This document shows positions 1 to 15,545 of a stretch of 64,000 nt of DNA, one piece after another. Made by a program: the position numbers and the translations under genes. The first letter of the stretch is position 1; each line of letters starts with the position of its first letter. The notes beneath the pieces are model-generated. The model searched no databases. It was not told where the DNA came from and saw only the letters and a program-made list of their open reading frames with translations. The DNA comes from Eledone cirrhosa (taxonomy: Eukaryota), in NCBI GenBank assembly GCA_964016885.1, contig OZ024740.1:438030001-438094000 (forward strand). The letters run 5' to 3'.

Positions 1-3000
1 CTCACACACACACACTCTCTCTATCACACACACTCTCTCACTCTCACACACTCTCTCTCACACACACACTCTCTCACACACACACACACTCTCTCTCTCT
101 CACACACTCTCTCACACACACACACTCTCTCACTCTCACACATTCTCTCTCTCACACACACTCTCTCTCTCACACACACCGTCTCTCACACACACTCTCT
201 CTCTCACACACTCTCTCCCACACACACCCTCTCTCACACACACACTCTCTCTCTCTCTCACAATCTCTCTCCCTCTCACATAACTCTCTCATGCACACAC
301 TCTCTCTCTCACACACATACTCTCTCTCTCACACACTCTCTCTCACACACACTCTCTCTCTCACACACTCTATCTCTCTCACATAACTCTCTCATGCTCA
401 CATTCTCTCTCCCTCACACACTCTCTCACACACTCTCTCTCTCACTCACCCACTCTCTCACCCACATTCTCTCTCTCTCACACACACTCTCTCACACACA
501 CACTCTTTCTCACACACACACTCTCTCTCTCTCTCACACTCTCTCTCTCACACACAAACACTCTCTCTCTATCACACACTCTCTCTCACACACACACTCT
601 CTCACACACACACTCTCTCTATCACACACACTCTCTCACTCTCACACACTCTCTCTCACACACACTCTCTCTCTCTCTCACACACTCTCTATCACATAAC
701 TCTCTGTCATACACACACTCTCGCTCTCTCACACACTCTCTCTCACACACACTCTCTCTCTCACACACACACTCACTGTCACACACACACTCTCTCTCTC
801 ACACACTCTCTCTCACACCCACTCTCTCTCACACACTCTCTCTCTCTCACATAACTCTCTCATGCTCACACTCTCTCTCTCTCACACACTCTCTCACACA
901 CTCTCTCTCTCATTCACCCACTCTCTCACCCACATTCTCTCTCTCTCACACACACTCTCTCACACACACACTCTTTCTCACACACACACTCTCTCTCACA
1001 CACTCTCTCTCTCACACACAAACACTGTCTCTCTCTCACACACTCTCTTTCACACACACACTCTCTCACACACACACTCTCTCTATCACACACACTCTCT
1101 CACTCTCACACACTCTCTCACACACACACTCTCGCTCTCTCACACACTCTCTCAGACACACTCTCTCTCTCTCAGACACACACTCTCTCACACTCTCACT
1201 CTCACACACTCTCTCTCACACACATTCTCTCTCTCACACACACACTCTCACTCTCAAACACTCTCTCTCACACACACACTCTCTCTCTCACACACTCACT
1301 CTCACACACACTGACACTCTCTCACACACACTCTCTCTCTCACACACACTATCTCACCCACACACTCTCTGTCTCACACACTCTCTCTCTCACACACACA
1401 CACTCTGTCTCTCACTCTCTCTGTCACACATTTTCTCTCTCTCTCACACACACTCTCTATCACACACACATTCTCTCTCTCTCTCACTCACTCTCTCACA
1501 CACACACTCTCTCTCACACACACTCTCTCTCACATACTCCCTCTCTCACACACACTCTCTCTCACACACACGCTGGCTCCCTCACAAACACACTCTCTCT
1601 CTCACACACACACTTTCTCTCTCACACACTCTCTATCACACACACTCTGTCACACACGCTCTCTCTCTCACACTCACTTTCTGTCACACAAACACTCTCT
1701 CTCATTCTCTATCTCACACACACACTCTCTCTCTCACATACTCTCACTCTCTCACACACTATCTCTCACACACACACTCTCTCTCTCAGACACACTTTCT
1801 CTCTAACACACTCTCTCTCACACACACTCACACTCTCTCTCACACACTCTCTCTCTCACACACTCTCTCTCTCTCACACACACTCTCTCACACTCTCTCT
1901 CTCTCACACACTCTCTCACACACACACTCACTCACACAGACACTCTCTCTATCACACACACTCTCTCACTCTCACACACTCTCTCTCACACACACTCTCT
2001 CTCTCTCACATAACTCTCTGTCACACACACACTCTCGCTCTCTCACACACTCCCTTTCACACACACTCTCTCTCTCACACACACACTCTCTGTCACACAC
2101 ACACTCTCTATCTCACACACACACTCTCTGTCACACACACTCTCTCAATCTCACACACTCTCTCTCACACACACTCTCTCTCTCACACACACACACTCTG
2201 TCACACACACACTCTCTATCTCACACACACACTCTCTGTCTCACACACTCTCTCAATCTCACACACTCTCTCTCACACACACTCTCTCTCTCACACACAC
2301 ACTCTCTGTCACACACACACTCTCTATCTCACACACACACTCTCTGTCACACACACTCTCTCAATCTCACACACTCTCTCTCACACACACTCTCTCTCTC
2401 ACACACACACTCTCTGTCACACACACACTCTCGCTCTCTCACACTCTCTCTCTCACACACACTCTCTCTCTCACACACTCTCTCTCTCACATAACTCTCT
2501 CATGCACACACTCTCTCTCTCACACACACCCTCCCTCACACACACACTCTCTCTCTCACCCACACTCTCTCTCTCTCTCACACACACTCTCTCATACACA
2601 CACTCTCTCTCACACACACACTCTGTTTCTCTCACACACTCTCTCTCACACACACACACTCTCTCACACTCACACACTCTCTCACACACACACTCTCACT
2701 CACACACACACTCTCTCACACACACTCTCTCTCTCACACACACACTCTCACTCTCACACACTCTCTCTCACACACACACTCTCTATCTCACACACACACT
2801 CTCTGTCACACACACACTCTCTATCTCACACAAACACTCTCTGTCACACACACTCTCTCAATCTCACACACTCTCTCTCACACACACTCGCTCTCTCACA
2901 CACACACTCTCTGTCAAACACACACTCTCTATCTCACACACACACTCTCTGTCACACACACTCTCTCAATCTCACACACTCTCTCTCACACACACTCTCT

Positions 3001-6000
3001 CTCTCACACACACACTCTCTGTCACACACACACTCTCTATCTCACACACACACTCTCTGTCACACACACTCTCTCAATCTCACACACTCTCTCTCACAAA
3101 CACTCTCTCTCTCACACACACACTCTCTGTCACACACACACTCTCGCTCTCTCACACGCTCTCTCTCACACACACTCTCTGTCTCACACACTCTCCCTCT
3201 CTCACATAACTCTCTCATGCACACACTCTCTCTCTCACACACACCCTCCCTCACACACTCTCTCTCTCACCCACACTCTCTCTCTCTCTCACACACACTC
3301 TCTCATACACACACTCTCTCTCACACACACACTCTGTTTCTCTCACACACTCTCTCTCACACACACACTCTCACTCTCACACACTCTCTCTCACACACAC
3401 TCTCTCTCTCACACACACACTCTCACTCTCACACACTCTCTCTCACACACACACTCTCTCTCTCACACACACTTTCTCTCTCACACACTCACTCTCACAC
3501 ACACTCACACTCTCTCACACACACTATCTCACCCACACACTCTTTCTAACACACAAACTCTCTCTCACACACTTTCTCTCTCTCTCACACACACTCTCTA
3601 TCACACACACATTCTCTCTCTCTCTCACACACTCTCTCACACACACACTCTCTCTCACACACACTCTCTCTAACACACTCTCTCTCTCTCTCTCTCTCTC
3701 ACTCACACATTCTCTCTCTATTACACACACTCTCTCTCTCACATACTCTCTCTCTCACACACACTCTATCTCATACACACACTGGCTCCCTCACAAACAC
3801 ACCCTCTCTCTCACACACACTTTCTCTCTCACACACTCTCTATCACAGACACACTCTGTCACACACGCTCTCTCTCTTACACTCACTTTCTGTCACACAA
3901 ACACTCTCTCACACACACACACACTCTCTCTCACGATCTCTCTCTCACACACTCTGTCTCTCACACACACAATCTCTCTCACACACACACTCTCTCTCTC
4001 ATTCTCTATCTCACACACACACTCTCTCTCTCACATACTCTCACTCTCTCACACACTCTCTCTCACACACACACTCTCTCTCTCAGACACACATTCTCTC
4101 TCACACACTCTCTCTCACACACACTCACACTCTCTCTCACACACTCTCTCTCTCACACTCTCTCTCTCTCTCACACACACTCTCTCACCCACACACTCTC
4201 TCTAACACACACTCTCTCTCTCACACACACTCTCTCTCTCTCACACACTCTCTCTCACACACACACTCTCTCCTCACACACACTCTCTGTCTCACACACA
4301 CTCTCTTTCTCGCACACTCTCTCTCACACACACTCTGTCTCTCACTCTCTCTGTCACACACTCTCTCTCTCTCTCACACACACTCACACTCTCTCTCACA
4401 CACTCTCTCTCTCACACACACACTCTCTGTCTCACACACACTCTCTCTCACACACACTCTCTCTCTCATTCTCTCTGTCACACACTCTCTCTCTCCCTCA
4501 CACACACTCTCTATCTCACACACATTCTCTCTCTCTCTCACAAACTCTATCACACACACACTCTCTCACACACACACTCTCTCTCAAACACTCTCTCTCT
4601 CTCATTCTCTCTCACACACACACACTCTCTCTAACACACACACTGTCTCCCTCACACACACACTCTCTCACACACACACTCTCTCTCTCTCTCACTCCTT
4701 CTCTCTGACACACTCTCTCTCATTCACACACTCTCTCTCTCATTCTCTCTCTCACACCCACACACTCTATCTGACAAACTCTGTCACTCGCCCACACTCT
4801 CTCTCTCTCTCACACACACTCTCTCACACACATACTCTCTCTCACACACACACACTCTCTCTCACACACACATACACTCTCTAACACACACTCTCTCTCA
4901 TGAACACACACTCTCTCGCACACTCTCTCTCTCACACATCATTTCACTCTCACACACACATTCTGTCTCTCACACACATTCTCTCTCTCACACACACTCT
5001 CTCTTACACACACACACACACTCTCTCTCACATACACTCTCTCTCTCTCACACACACACTCTCTCACACACACATTCTCTCTCTCACACACACTCTCTCC
5101 TCACACACATACTCTCACACACACACTCTCTCTCTCACTCTCTCTCTCACACATTCTCTCTCTCTCTCACACACACTCTCTCTCTCACACACATTCTCTC
5201 TCTCTCTCACACACTCTCTCTCTCTCATTCTCTCTCACACACATACACTCTCCCTCACACACACACTCTCTCTCACACACACTCTCTCTCTCTCTCACTC
5301 CTTCTCTCTGACACACTCTCTCTCATTCACACACTCTCTCTCTCACTCTCTCTCTCACACCCACACACTCTATCTGACACACTCTGTCACTCACCCACAC
5401 TCTCTCTCACATACTCTCACTCTCTCACACACTCTCTCTCTCACACACACTCTCTCTCTCACACACACTTTCTCTCTCACACAATCACTCTCACACACCC
5501 CCACACTCTCTCACACACACTCTCTCTCTCACACTCACTATCTCACCCACACACTCTCTCTAACACACAAACTCTCTCTCTCACACACACTCTCTCTCTC
5601 ACACACACTCTCTCACACACACACTCTCTCCTCACACACACTCTCTGTCTCACACATTCTCTCTCTCACACTCTCTCTCACACACTCTGTCACTCACTCT
5701 CTCTGTCACACACTTTCTCACTCTCTCACATACACTCTCTATCACACACACATTCTCTCTCTCTCTCACACACTCTCTCACACACACACTCTGTCTCACA
5801 TACTCTCTCTCTCACACACACTTTCTCTCTCACACACTCTCTATCACACACACACTCTGTCACACACGCTCTCTCTCTCACACTCACTCTCTGTCACACA
5901 AACAGTCTCTCACACACACACACTCTCTCTCACACTCTCTCTCTCTCTCACACTCTCTCTCTCACACACACTCTCTCTCACACACACTCTCTCTCTCATT

Positions 6001-9000
6001 CTCTATCTCACACACACATTCTCTCTCGCACACACACATTCTCTCTCAGACACACTTTCTCTCTCACACACTCTCTCTCACACACACTCACACTTTCTCT
6101 CACACACTCTCTCTCTCACACACACGCTCTCCCTCTCACACACACTCTCTCACCTACACACTCTCTCTAACACACACTCTCTCTCTCACACACACTCTCT
6201 CTCTCACACACACACTCTCTCTCACACTGTCTCTCTATCTCTCACTCACTCTCTATCTCACACACACTCTCTCTCACACACACACTCTCTCTCTCATTCT
6301 CTATCTCACACACACACACTCTCTCTCTCACACACTCTCTCTCTCACACACACTCTCTCACCCAAACACTCTCTCTGTCACACACATTCTCTTTCTCACA
6401 CACACACTCTCACACACTCTCTCTCTCCCACACACACACTCTCTCACACACACTCTCTCTCTCACACACACTCTCTCTCTCTCACAAACACACTCTCTCT
6501 CACGCACTCTCTGACACACACTATCTCTCACACACACACTCTCTCACCCACACACTCTCTCTCACACAAACTCTCTCTCTCATACACACTCTCTCTCACA
6601 GACACTCTCTCTCTCACACACTGTGTCTTACACACACACTCTCTCACACACTCTCTCTCACACACACTCACTCTCTCTCATACACTCTCTCTCACACGCA
6701 CTCTCTCTCTGTCACATAACTCTCCCACACACACACTCTCTCACATACACACTGTCTCTCTCACACACTCTCTCTCATACACACTCTCTCTCTCTCACAC
6801 ACTCTCTCTCTCACATAACTCTCTCATGCACACACTCTCTCTCACACACACCGTCTCTCACACACACACTCTCTCTCTCACACACTCTCTCCCACACACA
6901 CCCTCTCTCACACACACACTGTCTCTCTCTCACACACTCTCTCTCACACACACTCTCTCTCTCTCACAATCTCTCTCTCTCTCACATAACTCTCTCATGC
7001 ACACACTCTCTCTCTCACACACATACTCTCTCTCTCACACACTCTCTCTCACACACACTCACTCTCTCACACACTCTATCTCTCCCACATAACTCTCTCA
7101 TGCTCACACTCTCTCTCTCTCACACACTCTCTCACACACTCTCTCTCTCACTCACCCACTCTCTCACCCACATTCTCTCTCTCTCACACACACACTCTTT
7201 CTCACACACACTCTCTCTCTCTCTCACACTCTCTCTCTCACACACAAACACTCTCTCTCTATCACACACTCTCTCTCACACACACACTCTCTCACACACA
7301 CACTCTCTGTATCACACACACTCTCTCACTCTCACACACTCTCTCTCACACACACTCGCTCTCTCTCTCACACACTCTCTCTCACATAACTCTCTGTCAT
7401 ACACACACTCTCGCTCTCTCACACACTCTCTCTCACACACACTCTCTCTCTCACACACACACTCTCTGTCACACACACACTCTCTCTCTCACACACTCTC
7501 TCTCACACCCAATCTCTCTCTCTCACATAACTCTCTCATGCTCACACTCTCTCTCTCACACACTCTCTCACACACTCTCTCTCTCACTCACCCACTCTCT
7601 CACCCACATTCTCTCTCTCTCACACACACTCTCTCACACACACACTCTTTCTCACACACACACTCTCTCTCTCTCACACTCTCTCTCTCACACACAAACA
7701 CTGTCTCTCTCTCACACACTCTCTTTCACACACACACTCTCTCACACACACACTCTCTCTATCACACACACTCTCTCACTCTCACACACTCTCTCACACA
7801 CACACTCTCGCTCTCTCACACACTCTCTCACACACACTCTCTCTCTCTCAGACACACACTCTCTCACACTCTCTCTCACACACACACACTCTCTCACACA
7901 CACACTCTCACTCTCACACACTCTCTCTCACACACACTCTCTCTCTCACACACACACTCTCACTCTCACACACTCACTGTCACACACACTCACACTCTCT
8001 CACACACACTCTCTCTCTCACACACACTACCTCACCCACACACTCTCTGTCTCACACACTCTCTCTCTCACACACACACACTCTGTCTCTCACTCTCTCT
8101 GTCACACATTTTCTCTCTCTCTCACACACACTCTCTATCACTCACACATTCTCTCTCTCTCTCACACACTCTCTCACACACACACTCTCTCTCACACACA
8201 CTCTCTCTCACATACTCCCTCTCTCACACACACTCTCTCTCACACACACGCTGGCTTCCTCACAAACACACTCTCTCTCTCACACACACTTTCTCTCTCA
8301 CACACTCTCTATCACACACACTCTGTCACACACGCTCTCTCTCTCACACTCACTTTCTGTCACACAAACAGTCTCTCACACACTCTCTCTCTCACACACA
8401 CGCTCTCTCTCTCACACACACTCTCTCCCCCACACACTCTCTCTAACACACACTCTCCCTCTCACACTGTCTCTCTCTCTCTCACTCACTCTCTATCTCA
8501 CACACACTCTCTCTCACACACACACACTCTCTCTCATTCTCTATCTCACACACACACACTCTCTCTCTCACACACACTCTCTCACCCAAACTCTCTCTCT
8601 GTCACACACATTCTCTTTCTCACACACACACTCTCACACACTCTCTCTCTCCCACACACACACTCTCTCACACACACTCTCTCTCTCACACACACTCTCT
8701 CTCTCTCACAAACACACTCTCTCTCACGCACTCTCTGACACACACTATCTCTCACACACACACTCTCTCACCCACACACTCTCTCTCACACAAACTCTCT
8801 CTCTCATACACACTCTCTCTCACAGACACTCTCTCTCTCACACACTGTGTCTTACACACACACTCTCTCACACACTCTCTCTCACACACACTCACTCTCT
8901 CTCATACACTCTCTCTCACACGCCCTCTCTCTCTGTCACATAACTCTCCCACACACACACTCTCTCACATACACACTGTCTCTCTCACACACTCTCTCTC

Positions 9001-11490
9001 ACACACACTCTCTCTCTCTCACACACTCTCTCTCTCTCTCACATAACTCTCTCATGCACACACTCTCTCTCACACACACCGTCTCTCACACACACACTCT
9101 CTCTCTCACACACTCTCTCCCACACACACCCTCTCTCACACACACACTGTCTCTCTCTCACACACTCTCTCTCACACACACTCTCTCTCTCTCACAATCT
9201 CTCTCTCTCTCACATAACTCTCTCATGCACACACTCTCTCTCTCACACACATACTCTCTCTCTCACACACTCTCTCTCACACACACTCTCTCTCTCACAC
9301 ACTCTATCTCTCCCACATAACTCTCTCATGCTCACACTCTCTCTCTCTCACACACTCTCTCACACACTCTCTCTCTCACTCACCCACTCTCTTACCCACA
9401 TTCTCTCTCTCTCACACACACTCTCTCACACACACACTCTTTCTCACACACACTCTGTCTCTCTCTCACACTCTCTCTCTCACACACAAACACTCTCTCT
9501 CTCTCACACACTCTCTCTCACACACACTCTCTCTCTCACACACACACTCTCTGTCACACACACACTCTCTCTCTCACACACTCTCTCTCACACCCAATCT
9601 CTCTCTCTCACATAACTCTCTCATGCTCACACTCTCTCTCTCACACACTCTCTCACACACTCTCTCTCTCACTCACCCACTCTCTCACCCACATTCTCTC
9701 TCTCTCACACACACTCTCTCACACACACACTCTTTCTCACACACACACTCTCTCTCTCTCACACTCTCTCTCTCACACACAAACACTGTCTCTCTCTCAC
9801 ACACTCTCTTTCACACACACACTCTCTCACACACACACTCTCTCTATCACACACACTCTCTCACTCTCACACACTCTCTCACACACACACTCTCGCTCTC
9901 TCACACACTCTCTCACACACACTCTCTCTCTCTCAGACACACACTCTCTCACACTCTCTCTCACACACACACACTCTCTCACACACACACTCTCACTCTC
10001 ACACACTCTCTCTCACACACACTCTCTCTCTCACACACACACTCTCACTCTCACACACTCACTCTCACACACACTCACACTCTCTCACACACACTCTCTC
10101 TCTCACACACACTACCTCACCCACACACTCTCTGTCTCACACACTCTCTCTCTCACACACACACACTCTGTCTCTCACTCTCTCTGTCACACATTTTCTC
10201 TCTCTCTCACACACACTCTCTATCACTCACACATTCTCTCTCTCTCTCACACACTCTCTCACACACACACTCTCTCTCACACACACTCTCTCTCACATAC
10301 TCCCTCTCTCACACACACTCTCTCTCACACACACGCTGGCTCCCTCACAAACACACTCTCTCTCTCACACACACTTTCTCTCTCACACACTCTCTATCAC
10401 ACACACTCTGTCACACACGCTCTCTCTCTCACACTCACTTACTGTCACACAAACAGTCTCTCACACACTCTCTCTCTCACACACACGCTCTCTCTCTCAC
10501 ACACACTCTCTCCCCCACACACTCTCTCTAACACACACTCTCCCTCTCACACTGTCTCTCTCTCTCTCACTCACTCTCTATCTCACACACACTCTCTCTC
10601 ACACACACACACTCTCTCTCATTCTCTATCTCACACACACACACTCTCTCTCTCACATACTCTCACTCTCTCACACACTCTCTCTCACACACACACTCTC
10701 TCTCTCACACACAATTTCTCTCTCACACACTCTCTCTCACACACACACTCTCTCTCCTCACACACACTCTCTCACACACACACTCTCTCCTCACACACAC
10801 TCTCTCTCTCACACACTCTCTCACAAACACACACACTCTGTCTATCACACACACTCTCTATCTCACACGCACTCTCTCTCACACAAACACTCTCTCACAC
10901 ACACACACTCTCTCTCACACACTCTCTCTCTCACACTCTCTCTCTCACACACTCTCTCTCTCACACACTCTCTCACTCTCACACACACACTCTCTCTCAC
11001 GCACTCTCTCTCACACACTCTCTCCTCACACACACTCGCCCTCACACACTCTCTCTCATTCATACACTCTCTCTCTCACTCTCCCTCTCACACCCACACT
11101 CTCTCTATCTGACATACTCTCTCTCTCACACACACTCTCTCACTCATCCACACTCTCTCTCTCTCAAACACTCTCTCACTCTCACACACTCTCTCACTCT
11201 CACACACTCTCTCACACACACACTCTCTCACACACACACTCTCTCTCACACACACTCTCTCACACACACTCTGTCTCTCATTCTCTCTCACGCACTCTCT
11301 CTCACACACTCTCTCTCACACACACACCCTCTCACACACATTCTGTCTCTCACACACATTCTCTCTCTCACACACACTCTCTCTTACACACACACACTCT
11401 CTCTCACACACTCTCCCTCTCTCTCACACACGCACTCTCTCTCTCTCTCACACACTCTTTCTCTCTCATTCTCTCTCACTCTCTCTCTCT
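1..11490. repeat. Compound (CT)n/(CA)n satellite with kb-scale higher-order duplications
   Basis: Almost only C/T/A on the + strand. Rare landmarks recur: accgtctctc at ~178, ~6850, ~9078; cgctggct at ~1571, ~8249, ~10334. The S/H/T/L-rich ORFs are artefacts. Confidence 0.97.
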
Positions 11491-11835
11491 CTTCACAACT
11501 CACCGTACAATTTTTACTCTATGCCCCACTCACTCTCATTGTCACTGTTTCCTAAAAACATATACACACACAAATATGCACATGTATAAACATATATATT
11601 TGCACACACAAATATATATGTGTATACACAAACACATTAATCTACACACGTTACTACTTTAAATAGAGGGACTACTGAAGCCACTTGTTAATAATGGAGA
11701 AGAGAGGCAGTCATATACATACACACACTCACACACACATACATACACACACATACATACACACACACATATAAATTTATATATATATATACATATATAA
11801 TATATATATATATGCAATATAAATATATATATACG

Positions 11836-11906
<71 letters not shown>

Positions 11907-11907
<1 letters not shown>

Positions 11908-12393
11908 TGGTAAACGGAATAGAAAATGCTGACAAATTGTTCACAGTTGAAAAATGGTTTAATTAGGAATAAAAGAGTATTAGTGATTGTATGGGTTAGT
12001 ATTCAGTTGTGGTTTTAAGTTTTTAAGTTTTTACCGGTTGCGCATTTCTAAATGCTTTTCAAAAATAATTTTGAGATAGAGTGTCCGTGCTGTTTGCTCT
12101 GATCTGATTAGTTTTGGGAATTCTACCTGTTTTTATGCTAAAAAAGTGGCTCCAGCGTTAATTTTGTGTTGCAAAAATTCTTGTGGTCAAAACAATTTTG
12201 ATTGGTCGGTAGAGGTCATGTGAATGTAAAAAGTTGATTTTGCGCCAAGACTGTTTTTATGTTAAAAAAGTGGCTCCAGCAAAAATTCTTGGTCAAAACA
12301 ATTTTGATTGGTCGGTAGAGGTCACGTGAATAAAAAATTGGTTTTGCGCCAAGATTGAGAAATGATTCTATCACAACAAATATGTGTGTGTGT

Positions 12394-12425
<32 letters not shown>

Positions 12426-12496
12426 AGTAGTAGTAGTAAGGTGTTCGATGCCGCGACAATGGCCAGCAGCGATGTGTGTCAAATGGCTATTAAGAT

Positions 12497-12564
<68 letters not shown>

Positions 12565-12644
12565 CAGAGTGATTCGTGGTGGTAGGGATGGTCAGTAAGA
12601 ATGTGTCTGAAAGTAATGGGGGGTATTTTAGCATGTCAAAAGAT

Positions 12645-12697
<53 letters not shown>

Positions 12698-13347
12698 GCA
12701 GAGTAATTTGTGGTGGCAGGGATGGTCAGTAAGAATGTGTCTGAAAGCAATGGGGGGTATTTTAGCATGTCAAAAGATATTTTTCAGCTTTTGTCTTATA
12801 CGGAGAAGTGCGTGTGTGTGTGTGTGTGTGTGTGTATATAAGTCTCTTTGTATGTTGATGTACGCATGTGTATGTGTTTGTGTATATGTGTGTGGGGGGG
12901 GGGGGGCAGTATTTTTTCCCCCCTGGTAAAATGGTGTACATTATTCGATTTTTTCAGTAAAATCGGTTCTCTTAATAGAACATCAAAAATCTTAACAATG
13001 AAAGGTGTGAAATGATATTCACTATATATATATACACATACATATATTCACTACATATATATATATATATATATATACATATATACATACATATATATGC
13101 ACATATATTTCTTTGTATTGCACCATAGAGCATGTGTGTTTACGTGTGTCATTGTGTTTATATGTGGGTAGAGATGTGTGGTGATGTAGGTATGTATGTT
13201 GACGTGTGTATGTTGTGGGTTCGTCTTAGGGAGAAGTGTTTAGACGGGGTCCGTATTTGTTAATGAAGTAAGATTCCTTGCTGATGCGCTGGGTGTGGGT
13301 GGCATTATCTTTAAATTTGTAGAGGGGAAAGATTCTGAAGTTGGGAT
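11907..13347 (-). repeat. Downstream (3') pLTR of the Naiad/Neptune-like PLE
   Basis: Starts ttggtaaacggaatagaaaatgctgac; near-identical to 16890-18169 apart from (TG)n tract lengths and a small internal duplication. Confidence 0.92.
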
Positions 13348-15545
13348 GATTTTGGGCGGCACAGGTATCAATGTGTTCACTCAGTGGTATTTTCCTGTAT
13401 TCCCGTATTTTAATTCGGGATCTATGGACAGTCATGCGTTGGCGGAGGCTGTCTTTGGTCTGGCCTATGTATTGTTCTCGACAACCTGAACAAGTTAATA
13501 CATATATTAGATTTTCCGATGCACATGTGAAATTGTGTTTTACTATATAACGTTGTCCATCTTTGAACTAGAATTCCGAACCCTCTATTAGGTTGATGCA
13601 AATGCCACAGTTGGGTCTATCGCATTTTTTTTACTGTGGGTTTCGTTGTTGTGGTTGGCAGTACTTTGGCATGTGTTAAGATGTTTTTCATTGACTTGGA
13701 TTGTCTTTTGCTCTTTATGATATCGTGTGTTCGTAGAATTTGGTTCATTCTATGGTCCTTTTTCAATACAGGGATGTTCTGGAGGATGGTGTCAAAGGCC
13801 TCATTGTTGAGGGGTTGTGTGTGGAGATGTATAGAAGAGCTTTTAGTTTTGGTTGATTTACTTTAGGTTGTCTAAGGTCCTGGGTACTGAGTTTTAGGGC
13901 ACGTTGGATTCCATTGTCAATTAGTGATGCAGGGTAGTCCCTGCCTATGAGTGTGTCCTTTAGTTCTTGTAGCCGTAAGTAACAGGTATTTTTATTGGAG
14001 ACTATAGTACAGATTCTCTTGGCTAAGTTGTAGGGAATATTAATTTTAACGTGTCTAGGGTGGCAAGAGTTGAAGGGGAGATATTGCTTGGAGTCTGTGG
14101 GCTTGTAGTATATGTCTGTTTCTATTTTTTTGTTATGGATCTTAATGAGGATGTCGAGGAAGGGGAGTTGTTGATGGCTGTATTCCATCGTGAAGTTAAT
14201 ATTTGTGTTGAGCCCATTTATAAGGGTGTGAAATTCTTTAAGTTTTTCGATGTTTTCGTGCCAAAGGATGAAGCAGTCATCTAGATATCGCTTCCAGTTC
14301 CTTTCAATGTGTAAGTGGAGGGTGTTTCCAAATTTGTTCAGGACTTTAGTGTAGAGGGTGATTTCCAGGTATCCCATGACTAGGTTGGCATAAGTAGGGG
14401 CTGTTTTCGTTCCCATAGTGGTCCCAGATTTCTGCCTGTAAGGTTTGTTATTGAAAACGAAGTAATTGTTCTCCAAGATAAATTTGAGTCCCTCTATCAC
14501 GAATTCTTTTTTGATGCGTTGTGGGAGTTCATTGTGGAAATTGTCCAGCCAGAATTGGATAGCTTCTATTCCTAGGTTGTGGGGGATGTTGGAGTATAGG
14601 TTGACTACATCGAACGTCACTAGTAGGGTTTGTTCAGAAAGTGGCATATTAGGGAGGTGATTGAGCATATCTAGGTCGTCCCTTATATAGCTTTTGATGT
14701 GCTTGAGGAAGGGTTTGAGAAGGGTATCAATGAAGTTGCTAAGACGGTGCGTTTCGCAAGCGGGTCCTGCTATTATAGGTCTTAATTTGAGATCATTGGG
14801 TGAGGGGACATTGATGACTATGTCTGTGGCTTCCTTGCATGCCTTACTTATTGATTCGCTTTTATGTACTTTAGGGATACCGTAGAAAAGGCTGGATTTA
14901 CTTGTGAAGTCTGTGATGAAGCTGAATTCCTTGTTAGTGAGTCATTCTTTGTATTGGTTGATTAGAGTTTTTAGGTTTCTCATAATTTTCTGTTGATTGT
15001 AGTGTTCAGCCTTTTCGTAGTATGTTTCGTTTTCCAAAGTGGAGAGCGCTAAGTTGATATAGAATTCTGTCTCCATTAGGACTACTGTACTCCCTTTATC
15101 AGCCATCTTTAATTGTAATGGTTCTGTCGGTTTTTAATCTATTTAATTCTTCCCATTCTTTCTTGTTGAGGTTTGGCTTGTGTTTTTGTCTGTGCAAGTG
15201 TTGGTAAGGGAAGTTTGTGATGTGTTCACAGAATTCGTCCAGGATTTTATTTTTACCTTTTGAAGGGGTGTAATTGCTTCTATTTCTGGCTAATGATTCA
15301 TCCTCATTGTACTGGTCGAATAGTTGTTCACTAAGTCGTAAATTTCTACAGAAGTCTGTGATGTCTTCCTTCATTTCATAGTAGTTAGGACGTGGTGGGG
15401 TCGGTGTGAATTTAAGACCTTTGGAGAGTAAGTTGATAAGGTTGGGTGTTGGTTCTGCACTAGTAAGATTGATAAGTGTTATTACTATCGGTTTCTCCTC
15501 CCTGTCTTGTGTTATTTTGTTTGCCTGTATCTGTGTGCTGTGTCT
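13226..15545 (-). pseudogene. PLE ORF2: reverse transcriptase + GIY-YIG endonuclease (disrupted)
   Basis: LINLTS..LLSKGLKFTPTP, ADKG, FYGIPKVHK, RPII, YLDD, GIY-YIG. Frameshifts near 15105 and 13810, in-frame TGA at 14942-14944, TAG near 13570. Confidence 0.92.

Noticed and set aside
394-11309. Long S/H/T/L-rich ORFs (up to 730 aa)
   Set aside because: A CT/CA satellite rarely makes stop codons; no domain content.
11907-13226. SECIS element in the PLE 3' UTR
   Set aside because: The AUGA..AA candidates inspected lack a complementary helix II strand.
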